In this document: positions 55,167 through 63,185 of the stretch, piece by piece
Layout: each line of letters starts with the position of its first letter
How positions within the stretch are numbered: the first letter of the stretch is position 1
IMG/VR virus record: IMGVR_UViG_3300008735_000002
Location: 32,001-96,000 of that record
Length of the DNA stretch: 64,000 nt
Direction: 5' to 3' (one strand)
Source of the DNA: a virus
Notes under the pieces: generated by a model
Told to the model about the DNA's origin: nothing
The model's input: only the letters and a program-made list of their open reading frames with translations
The model's database searches: none
Program-made: the position numbers and the translations under genes

Positions 55167-55625
55167 TCAGGCGCCAACCCAGATACCTACACCCTCAACG
55201 ATATACCATCCGGCAGAGCCGTCTCCCACTAACGTGACGCGGTCCCCCTTGTTGGCGGTTGCCTTAGTGTTAGTAAGATCACCGTCATCGGTGCCGGTGC
55301 ATACTGAATCGGCAGCAGCATTTGCAATAGTTCCCTCAATCGCATCGCTAGCGTTGGGACTGATTGTAATAAGCACTGCTTCATCAGCGCCGGTGTTAAT
55401 GAAAGTATAAGTCAGTCCAGACTTGGTAGCAGGAAGTGTTATAGTTAGAGCGTCTGTGCCGACGAGGAAAACTTTTCCACTGTCTTCTGCGTCCAGTGTC
55501 TTAGAGGCTGTTATTGTTTCAACCATTGAACGGTGACCCGAGAGTGTTCCGGCCGTACCCGTTGCACCAGTTGTTCCACCCTTTTGGTACAAACCTTTTG
55601 CACCTGTTACTAGTATTTTTGGCAT
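55167..55625 (-). CDS. Probable head decoration / virion beta-rich protein
   Basis: Directly after the capsid gene; Thr/Gly/Ala-rich beta-type sequence (TITASKTLDAEDSGKVF...ITLPA...GLTYTFIN); strong RBS. Confidence 0.55.
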   Translation of the reverse strand: MPKILVTGAKGLYQKGGTTGATGTAGTLSGHRSMVETITASKTLDAEDSGKVFLVGTDALTITLPATKSGLTYTFINTGADEAVLITISPNASDAIEGTIANAAADSVCTGTDDGDLTNTKATANKGDRVTLVGDGSAGWYIVEGVGIWVGA

Positions 55626-55720
55626 AATTTTCTCCTTTTTTTATTATAGAGTTACTTGTCCACATGATTCCCTAGCTAGCGTGTGGGGTCCGCCTTATGT
55701 CCATGCCAGGGGCTTATCAT

Positions 55721-55727
55721 TAAGTAT
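55721..55727 (-). promoter_or_regulatory. Candidate late-promoter motif ATACTTA
   Basis: Lies between the capsid terminator and a roughly 95-nt leader. Confidence 0.4.
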
Positions 55728-55748
55728 AGCACAAGCATTCGAATTACC

Positions 55749-55784
55749 AAAATAAAAGGGGCGGACCCCGAAAGGACCGCCCCT
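55749..55784 (-). terminator. Rho-independent terminator after the major capsid gene
   Basis: GGGGCGG...CCGCCCC stem with a TTCG loop and a T-tract. Confidence 0.8.
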
Positions 55785-55811
55785 GAATATTAATGACTTC
55801 GTCTAATCAGA

Positions 55812-57719
55812 TTAGATGACGTCCATACCCATGCACGTTACTGTACCGTAGAAGTCGGAACGCACCATCTTCTTGCCGTACCGAGTCATCACGCCCTTGC
55901 GGGGTGTGAAGTCTTCGGGAGCGAAGATAGTAGGCGTAACGATCAGTGGCACGTAAGGAGCGTATACGTAACCGGTCTCAAGGTAGCTACCGCCCTTGTA
56001 CCCAACAAGAATCTTGTTGCGTGGGAAGTAGGGATCCTTATAGACTGTGAAACGGTTGCTCAGTGTACCAACCTTCTCGGCACCAAGACTCATACCGGGC
56101 GCAACCTGACCGTCACCGTCGATGCTGTAAACAGGCTTGTAAAGCACGGAGGCCTCAAGGACTGTTGCAACGTCGGGGCTAACGACGATAAAGTTGGCGG
56201 ACCCACGAAGAGTCAAGCGGTGAATCTCATTTGCGACATCAATGATGGTCTCAACGAGAGTCTCGTACCACTCACGAACTGTACCGGTAAAGGCTGGACC
56301 ACCCGCGAGGGAGGAGGCCTTGACAGCAGAAGCACCAGACTTCTTATTAACGAAGTCACCGGGCTTACGGCTCCAGTAGTAGTTTGTGTCAGCCTGCATG
56401 AGGAGGTCATTCAGGATCTCGCGGTCAATCTCAAGAGCAATCTGCTCAGAGAGAATCTGAGTAAGCTCAACCTCAGCATCCAAGCTGTGGTAGGCGTTCA
56501 AATCCTGTGCGAGTTCTGGGGACCAACGTGCACGCAACTTCCGAGTCTGAGCGACAACCGAGATAGCCTCGATCTTAATGTCAATCTCAGGAATGGCGGG
56601 AGCGGGTGTACCAGTGCTAAAGTTAGACTCAAAAACGGGGACAACAAGAGTGTCAGCGTTGGAAGAGTTAACGTTCAGTGTGTTCGTCTTGGGATAACTC
56701 AAACGGAAACTTGCGAGGTCTCCACTTGCGAGAGCCGTTCCAGACATAACCATGAGAAGAGCGGAACCCGCCTTCTGTGCAGTTGCCATCGGATCCGGTG
56801 AAATCGCACCTAGTGCAGAACCAGACTTAACAAGTTGGTTAAGACGACGGATGTTATATACACCCTTACCACCCTGGAATGTCTCACCAGGAACCGCCAT
56901 GACTGAACTAGCGTTAAGAGACGAACCTGTTAATACAAGCGCAGCTTCCTTAACAGCTGTAACGTCAAAGTCTGAACCAAGCACACCAAGGTCAACAGTC
57001 AAGAAGAAGTAGCCATTGCTATCATCGTCTATCTTCTGCGTTACCTGAGGATCGAACTGTAGGAACCGGCCGTCAGCACCAGTAGAACCTACACCAGAAC
57101 TGATGGTGGTTGTACGAGTCTGTGCAGCATTGGTACCAAGAGCGAACATGGCAGATGTGCCAAGTGCGAGATTAGAACCGGTATGGACTCTGGAATAACC
57201 GGAACCAGCGAGGTCATACTGACCACCGGCGCCGAGTGAACCAGACTGAATGCCCTTACCTGCGGGGTTATTATAAATTGACTGACCGGCATCGTAGATG
57301 TTCTTGGTGGCGGACCCTAGGGAACCGTCAACAGTACCACCGACGTTTGAACCGTAAGTGTAGTCAAGATAGAAGAGCAGACCGGAAGGTAGGCTCATCG
57401 GTTGAATGGAAACCAACTCGTTTGCCACAAGGCCACCGAAGACTCGGCGAACAATGGGGAAAGCGATGTTAGTAAAACCCCGGATATCTCCGGAGCTTGC
57501 AGCGGGTGTGAGACCACCACCACCAAGGGTGTTCTGCTCACGTAGGATCTGACCTGCTTGGTTCTCGAGCAACGTTGCCATGTTTTCACGATGGACGCTC
57601 TCGAGACCTCTAAGAAGACCAGTCCTGCTCCACTTTTCTGTCAGGCGCTTGTTAGAGTCGCCTTGGTGACGCTGACGAATACCTTCCGTCAGTTGGTCAA
57701 GTGTAAACTTCTTGGACAT
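55812..57719 (-). CDS. Major capsid protein (T4 gp23-like)
   Basis: P.VRRVF..L.A.E.VS.QPM..P.G..F, RKLRA.WSPELAQDL.A.H.LDAE.EL..ILS..IALEIDREI, YAPYVPL and F.PRKG.MTRYG. Confidence 0.95.
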   Translation of the reverse strand: MSKKFTLDQLTEGIRQRHQGDSNKRLTEKWSRTGLLRGLESVHRENMATLLENQAGQILREQNTLGGGGLTPAASSGDIRGFTNIAFPIVRRVFGGLVANELVSIQPMSLPSGLLFYLDYTYGSNVGGTVDGSLGSATKNIYDAGQSIYNNPAGKGIQSGSLGAGGQYDLAGSGYSRVHTGSNLALGTSAMFALGTNAAQTRTTTISSGVGSTGADGRFLQFDPQVTQKIDDDSNGYFFLTVDLGVLGSDFDVTAVKEAALVLTGSSLNASSVMAVPGETFQGGKGVYNIRRLNQLVKSGSALGAISPDPMATAQKAGSALLMVMSGTALASGDLASFRLSYPKTNTLNVNSSNADTLVVPVFESNFSTGTPAPAIPEIDIKIEAISVVAQTRKLRARWSPELAQDLNAYHSLDAEVELTQILSEQIALEIDREILNDLLMQADTNYYWSRKPGDFVNKKSGASAVKASSLAGGPAFTGTVREWYETLVETIIDVANEIHRLTLRGSANFIVVSPDVATVLEASVLYKPVYSIDGDGQVAPGMSLGAEKVGTLSNRFTVYKDPYFPRNKILVGYKGGSYLETGYVYAPYVPLIVTPTIFAPEDFTPRKGVMTRYGKKMVRSDFYGTVTCMGMDVI

Positions 57720-57749
57720 TTTCTTTTTTCTCCTTTAAGAATTTAGCGT

Positions 57750-59240
57750 CTATTTGTTTGTAATACCAGCGAGCTTCGCCCAACGATCTGTCTGTGTCGA
57801 CTCATTTACTGTAGAGCTACCTCTACGAGTCGGCTTGCTAGAAGATCCAAGAACTCTTCTCTTGCCCTCAGAGAGGGACTTCTTGTTTAGCGAACGAGTA
57901 ATACTTTCGTATACCAGCTTTGCCTCACGGATTGTCTTGGCATTATCTAAAGCCTCGACTATGGCACGCTGCTGCTTAGAACTTACATTACGATTTTGCA
58001 TCAGTTTGTTCACATAAAGCAGTTTTGCGTTAAAAAGATTCATTTCAGTAAGCTGCTGCTTCAGGGCGCGGTTTTCGCGGACTGTAGCGGAGCCTCTTTT
58101 TGAAGTGCGGCGACTGCGACGGGTCTCAGAGACTCGGCGGCGGCGGGCACGACGGCGGGATTCAACTGTTGGAGTAGGAACTCCGGGATCGCCGAGTTCG
58201 TCAGCGAGGGCATTTAGAAGATCTTCTTCATCGACGTCGATAAAAGACTCATCTTCCACTTCTCCACCACCAAACGCATCGGCCTGATCGGTAGCTTCCG
58301 TGCTACCCTCGGTTGCTTCACGCATTCTACGAAGCTTGCGAAGCTCCATTTTTAACATACGGGGGTCAATCTCAAAAACCTCACCAAGGTCAAGAGCAAC
58401 TTCTTCCTCTTCTCCCTCGCCTTCAGCTTCTTCCTCTTCACCTTCGGCTTCTTCTTCCTCGCCTTCAGCTTCTTCCTCGCCAAGATCACTTGCGACCTCA
58501 ATATCTAAGGCCTCAACATCAGCGGCCTCGGCATCTTCAACACCAAGGGCTTCTAGGTCGTCGTCGGTGAGGACCAATTCCATTTCATCTAATTCGCCGT
58601 AGCCAGCTTCAAAAAGTTGGTTGAAGATGGCGCGGCTGCGTTTGGTAGTCATTATATTCATCTCCTTTAATGTTTCGAATATCGCTAAGCGGTTGCCCTG
58701 ACTCTTGTTGCTAGAACTAACTATTACCTCTGAACGTAAAGTTATGGCTTCGCCTAGAAGTTTTTGATATGACTTTTTAATTACAGACTTTTGCTGCCTC
58801 GATAATGCGCTCGCATTTACTTCTGACAGCAAGGCATCCATTCTCCTAACCTTCCCTCGAAGCTTTGCAATTCTTTCGGCTAGCTTATTTTGATCGGAAG
58901 ACACAGAGTTTGTAATCTGAGCTTTTTGATTTCTCAGGTTTTTCCTAATTTTAGGAAGACTTTCAGACACAGATAGGTTCACATCACCTTGCGCGTTAAC
59001 TATAATGGAAGCTTCTTCATCCGCTTCGTCATCTAGTAGCTCATCTGGAACTAGTTCTGCTACAGGGGCTTCAACATCAACGAGCTGAATCTCTTCCTGT
59101 TCTGATAATAATTGAGACTCAACCATCGCCTGAATTCGGGGGGTGAGTGCTTCGATGATTTTATTCTTGGCATTCTGCTCAGCCAGCAATTTTAATTGCT
59201 GTGCCTCTGCTATCGCCTCTCTATAAAGATTTGTCGACAT
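57750..59240 (-). CDS. Prohead core / scaffolding protein (gp22-like)
   Basis: Upstream of the capsid gene; very acidic with many LxE sites; C-terminal LTEMNLFNAKLLY.NKL, I.EALD.A.T.RE.KLVYE.I and RWAKLAGI. Confidence 0.8.
   Translation of the reverse strand: MSTNLYREAIAEAQQLKLLAEQNAKNKIIEALTPRIQAMVESQLLSEQEEIQLVDVEAPVAELVPDELLDDEADEEASIIVNAQGDVNLSVSESLPKIRKNLRNQKAQITNSVSSDQNKLAERIAKLRGKVRRMDALLSEVNASALSRQQKSVIKKSYQKLLGEAITLRSEVIVSSSNKSQGNRLAIFETLKEMNIMTTKRSRAIFNQLFEAGYGELDEMELVLTDDDLEALGVEDAEAADVEALDIEVASDLGEEEAEGEEEEAEGEEEEAEGEGEEEEVALDLGEVFEIDPRMLKMELRKLRRMREATEGSTEATDQADAFGGGEVEDESFIDVDEEDLLNALADELGDPGVPTPTVESRRRARRRRVSETRRSRRTSKRGSATVRENRALKQQLTEMNLFNAKLLYVNKLMQNRNVSSKQQRAIVEALDNAKTIREAKLVYESITRSLNKKSLSEGKRRVLGSSSKPTRRGSSTVNESTQTDRWAKLAGITNK
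58401..58479 (-). repeat. Degenerate 21-nt tandem repeat encoding EEEEAEG
   Basis: About three copies in the scaffold (EEEAEGEEEEAEGEEEEAEGEGEEEE). Confidence 0.7.
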
Positions 59241-59270
59241 GAATCCACCTTATTTGTGTGCACTTAGACT

Positions 59271-59277
59271 TAAATAT
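59271..59277 (-). promoter_or_regulatory. Candidate late-promoter motif ATATTTA
   Basis: 31 nt upstream of the scaffold ATG. Confidence 0.45.
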
Positions 59278-59318
59278 CCCGAACAAATAGAGATTACTTA
59301 CCATTTGTAGTTTTCTAT

Positions 59319-59909
59319 TCATTCTTGTTGATCTAATATCCCTCTCACAACCTTTCTAAGCTTGAGAATGTTCGCATCCTCTTCGTCATCAATATACTCG
59401 TCGAATGTAATGTCAACACCTTCCGGCCCGCCCACTTCTTCTGGCGAGTGAGCCCACCCAAGCCAAGAACCAATCTTAGGCTTAGCGTCACCTCTTGTAT
59501 ACTGCATTGATCCGCCGCCGGCTCCGCCACCCACTTGAATTCTCTTTTTGTACATAGATGGGAATGGTACCATGCCTTTTGCGACAGCCATTTCGCCCAA
59601 TGACAAAATAGGTTTATTACCATCAACTTTCGCATTATGGTCTGCTGAACGACCTATTAGCGAATCATCGGTTTTGTACGGTGTAGCGATCTTATTGATA
59701 ATATGTTGTAAGACATCAATCTCTAACCCAAGATCAACATCATCATATGGATCTTCTTCGGTATAGGGATAGCTTGATGCCTTGACTCGTGGTTCATGAT
59801 ATTTCGCAGAACTCCGGCCGTAACCCAGGTCATCCCGATAATCGAGATTCATACCTGACCTACGGCCGAGGCTTATGGGACTGTCAGGGTCGGTAGGACC
59901 AACACCCAT
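59319..59909 (-). CDS. Hypothetical head-region protein
   Basis: 196 aa; overlaps the upstream stop; C-terminal LRKVVRGILDQQE motif. Confidence 0.65.
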   Translation of the reverse strand: MGVGPTDPDSPISLGRRSGMNLDYRDDLGYGRSSAKYHEPRVKASSYPYTEEDPYDDVDLGLEIDVLQHIINKIATPYKTDDSLIGRSADHNAKVDGNKPILSLGEMAVAKGMVPFPSMYKKRIQVGGGAGGGSMQYTRGDAKPKIGSWLGWAHSPEEVGGPEGVDITFDEYIDDEEDANILKLRKVVRGILDQQE

Positions 59910-60391
59910 TAAGAGCTAGCGCCCCACGCCTTACCCATGACGTAGTCACCAAGAACTCCGCCTGACTGTTGCGTGGAACTTTCGCTGGGCTGCAGCTGCG
60001 ACCCAACACCCGTACCCCATTGTTCGGGGGGAGTTTGGCCCCACCCGTCTGGAGGATCGGCCTGGTCTGAAGCATTGATGCTTCCAGGACCGGGGGAAAC
60101 CGGGTTCGGTGTCCATGGACTTCCAGGAAGTCCGCCGCCGCCCCATTCAACTTCGTTAATATCCGGTGCATCGGGGTAATCACGACTGTAAGTTCCGAAG
60201 GTGTGACCACCATCATTAACTTCGCCATCAAGAACCAATGCCTGATATTCGTCCTTGATTCCCTGATCTGTTAAATCACCTTTATAAATAGGAGACGCTG
60301 GAAACGATGCCTGGACAGTGGCAGTATCCGACGATCCCATCCCCTTTGCTGTTGAGACTGCTTCTACCATTGTTTGTGTATGACTGGGCAT
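59909..60391 (-). CDS. Hypothetical Gly/Pro-rich head-region protein
   Basis: 160 aa; AGGAG RBS. Confidence 0.7.
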   Translation of the reverse strand: MPSHTQTMVEAVSTAKGMGSSDTATVQASFPASPIYKGDLTDQGIKDEYQALVLDGEVNDGGHTFGTYSRDYPDAPDINEVEWGGGGLPGSPWTPNPVSPGPGSINASDQADPPDGWGQTPPEQWGTGVGSQLQPSESSTQQSGGVLGDYVMGKAWGASS

Positions 60392-60426
60392 TTTTCAATT
60401 TCTCCTAGAATAAGTTAGTTAGTTGG

Positions 60427-60696
60427 TTATCGATCGTTAATTTTCTTAACAAGAATCTTCTTTGCTTTTTGCACTTTAGCGTACTTTTTCTTAAGTATAC
60501 TCTCCTGAATTTTTAATGCGGCCATCCAGTTGATATCTTTTTCAAGTGAATCAGCTTCGTCACCAGCATCTACTTCTTCAGCGTGCACATCCTCCACACT
60601 TTCTTCACCCTTTTCAAGGGCCTCTTGAATCTTCTTCTTCTCTTGAAGAACAAGTTTTCTTAAAAGAGCGGGGGTAAGTCTAATATTTTTAGCCAT
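60427..60696 (-). CDS. Small head-region protein with a LLRKLVLQE motif
   Basis: GGAGG RBS; 89 aa. Confidence 0.7.
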   Translation of the reverse strand: MAKNIRLTPALLRKLVLQEKKKIQEALEKGEESVEDVHAEEVDAGDEADSLEKDINWMAALKIQESILKKKYAKVQKAKKILVKKINDR

Positions 60697-60744
60697 GTTA
60701 TTTTCCTCCAGACTATTTCTATGTATTTCGTTGGAACCGTTTCT

Positions 60745-61191
60745 TTACTCAGATTTATCGTTAAAAGCGAGGTAAGCCCAATTTTGTGAAGCTTCTCCAA
60801 GCAAGCTGCTCGGCGAACCAGACGGACCCATACTATCTAATGAGACACCCTCGCCAAGCGGTGTCCCAGGTCTTCCTCTCTCAGCTGCAGCTTGCTCTCT
60901 AAGCGTGGTCGCTGCAGTATCTTGAAATATCGATGCCATAACCGGATCAGAAGTAATACTACTCACATCAACCGGTCGTGGCTTTGAAACTTTTGGCTTA
61001 GACCCAAAAGAAATAGAGTCTAATGCGGGACGCTTAACGCTGGTCTTATTTTTTTTAGCGCCGGTGCGTCGTGGGGGTCGAGCTCTAGACTCGACTAAAG
61101 ATTGCGTCGATTCGCCAGTAGACTCTAAAAGAATTTCAAAAAGACATTCTTTGACTAGCCCCTTCAGCATCTCGCGGGACACCTTAGCCAT
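60745..61191 (-). CDS. Hypothetical head-region protein with a LKGLVKECLFEILLE motif
   Basis: ATG at 61191 in a TAATG overlap with the upstream stop. Confidence 0.7.
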   Translation of the reverse strand: MAKVSREMLKGLVKECLFEILLESTGESTQSLVESRARPPRRTGAKKNKTSVKRPALDSISFGSKPKVSKPRPVDVSSITSDPVMASIFQDTAATTLREQAAAERGRPGTPLGEGVSLDSMGPSGSPSSLLGEASQNWAYLAFNDKSE

Positions 61192-61724
61192 TAGCCTACT
61201 CCCTGATACCCGTTCGAGCCTGTGAGCGCGAGGGATCCGACGGGAATATCTGTCAACCCCGCTACCACACAAAACCCGCTATTGTGAGCGGAGTGCATTG
61301 TCAAAAAGAGATCGGTGCACATTAATTCATACCGCATAGCTGGAGCTTCAGAAGTTTGCGAACTTGGAATAACGAAATAATTTTGGTGATTAGCAACCTG
61401 CGCCTCAGTGCTTGGTAGCGGCTGGAGCTTTCTCCACTTTTGTGTTCCGTTAGTATTGAACTCGCCAGTTGGAATAGAGCCAGTAACAGCGCCTTCGCCC
61501 TTTACACCATTCTCAGTGAAACCTATTCTAATTTCTGCAGCAGAATTACTTGCGTCTAATCCACGGACCTCAAACCATCTGGTTACTCGAGGAAAAGAAA
61601 TCTGAACTACGTTGCTAGTCGCCGTTTTTAATTCAGCTCCATTCGAAGACGTTACGAAAGGAATACCGCTTCTTTGATATTCACCAACCATTCCAAGGCC
61701 GGGGCTTGGCCACGTATTACTCAT
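61191..61724 (-). CDS. Hypothetical beta-rich protein, possibly virion-associated
   Basis: ATG at 61724 in an ATGA overlap with the protease stop; G.VGEYQ.SG.PFVTSS. Confidence 0.65.
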   Translation of the reverse strand: MSNTWPSPGLGMVGEYQRSGIPFVTSSNGAELKTATSNVVQISFPRVTRWFEVRGLDASNSAAEIRIGFTENGVKGEGAVTGSIPTGEFNTNGTQKWRKLQPLPSTEAQVANHQNYFVIPSSQTSEAPAMRYELMCTDLFLTMHSAHNSGFCVVAGLTDIPVGSLALTGSNGYQGVG

Positions 61725-62341
61725 TCTGATTCTCCTTCTTCCCAATCCAGCACTTCATTGAACAAGCGATGGATTCGATCTGATTTGTTAAAAACTTTAT
61801 TGAGGTCTTTTTCTCTAATCGACACACCCTCTCTCATCATGAATGCTCCGGGTGTGGAAGGCTCTGAAACAAAATCCCAGCATATAAGCTGGAAATCATC
61901 TTGTACAACATCTGTATCACCAGAACGCTTTGTCGATCCAACACCTCTGGAAGAAATGCCAAGAGTTACGCCGGCCTCAACCAGACTCTGAAGAATCTGT
62001 CCTGCGGGAGTATCTAACAACTCTACTGTCCCGTATACTACATCTCCATCCATATAAGCTTCCCGTATAATATGAGAAGCGTTCTTCAACTCAACTACTG
62101 AGCTGTCAGGATGATCACATTCTCCGAGAGCACGATTTTCAGCAATAAACTTTTGATAATTTCGAATCTCTCTATCTAGAATAGATCGTGGGTAAACACG
62201 CCCATTTTGATTAAGCGTATCAGCTTTTTGCAATACACCCTTCATAAGAAGCTTTCCGCCATTTTCTGCTTTTGCTTCTTCGATCATCTCCTTAGAGTAT
62301 TGCCAGGGCGACCATTCTGTTAGTAATTTTAGATCAGACAT
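61721..62341 (-). CDS. Prohead protease (T4 gp21-like)
   Basis: N.NGRVYP..IL.REI, ALGECDHP, TPAG.IL..L, GISSRGVGS and WDFVSEPST..A. Confidence 0.93.
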   Translation of the reverse strand: MSDLKLLTEWSPWQYSKEMIEEAKAENGGKLLMKGVLQKADTLNQNGRVYPRSILDREIRNYQKFIAENRALGECDHPDSSVVELKNASHIIREAYMDGDVVYGTVELLDTPAGQILQSLVEAGVTLGISSRGVGSTKRSGDTDVVQDDFQLICWDFVSEPSTPGAFMMREGVSIREKDLNKVFNKSDRIHRLFNEVLDWEEGESE

Positions 62342-63185
62342 TTAATTCTTCTCCAGAGGTCAGCTCTTCCGTGAGCTTCATTAGGGTTAAGTATTTAGAA
62401 ATCGAATCATCATCAAATCTATCCACATCTAAGTGTGCTACCTGCTCTTTAACTTTCTCCACCTGATTTGATAATACACTATTTTCGCAGATCAAAGAAA
62501 ATTCATTTAGGGACCTCGATGTGTCCCCCTTAATTTTTTGTAAATGATTTTTGAATTGCTGATCGTTTTCTTCAGAAAAAACGTACTCTCTTAACAGCAC
62601 CACTTGATTAGGCGAAAACGAGTCCCCAAATTTTTCCTCAATCTTCTTATGCATTATTTCTAAAACTAAGTGACTTGCAGATGGAGTCTTCAACTCTTCG
62701 ATATGAGCGTTACTTTTTTCTTTCAAAAGATATGTGTGTAATTCGCCCTCAAACCGAGAAGAAACTACGAGATCGGGAGAAGATGAACGCCATTGAGACA
62801 AAAGAGTTTGCACAGTCGCAAACTCTTTGTAGTCGGGGACACGCCTATTATAGAAATCTCCTTCGCCTAAAATATAATTGATGTCCTTAATAAGCGCTGA
62901 CTTTTGTTGTGTTAGAATCTTTACGTCCAAATTTCTTGCAGCTTGTTTGGCTTCTGAAATAATTGAAGACGCCAAAGCAGATGATGGAACTTCTGTTACC
63001 ATCATCGCACGAAACAAACGAAACTCTCGAAACAGCTCTGTTCCTGGACGAAAATGGCGCTGAAGTACATCAATCGCTTTCTTTGCTTTTCTTACTTTAC
63101 CCTCCACTAGAGCCTCAGAAATATATTGAGACAGCTGAGCGAAAATAAGACCGACATTTCTTTTTTTATTGTGTTTAACTTTCAT
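62334..63185 (-). CDS. Hypothetical protein between portal and protease
   Basis: 283 aa; begins KHNKKRN.GL.F; overlaps both neighbours. Confidence 0.75.
   Translation of the reverse strand: MKVKHNKKRNVGLIFAQLSQYISEALVEGKVRKAKKAIDVLQRHFRPGTELFREFRLFRAMMVTEVPSSALASSIISEAKQAARNLDVKILTQQKSALIKDINYILGEGDFYNRRVPDYKEFATVQTLLSQWRSSSPDLVVSSRFEGELHTYLLKEKSNAHIEELKTPSASHLVLEIMHKKIEEKFGDSFSPNQVVLLREYVFSEENDQQFKNHLQKIKGDTSRSLNEFSLICENSVLSNQVEKVKEQVAHLDVDRFDDDSISKYLTLMKLTEELTSGEELNV

Noticed and set aside
58401-58479. Tandem repeat in the scaffold gene as a novel element
   Set aside because: It encodes an acidic low-complexity linker typical of scaffolding proteins.
17802-60231. Minus-strand ORFs in alternative frames inside real genes (e.g. 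17802-17987, 21862-22203, 46548-46754, 59884-60231)
   Set aside because: They are nested in longer motif-bearing CDSs and have no recognisable features.
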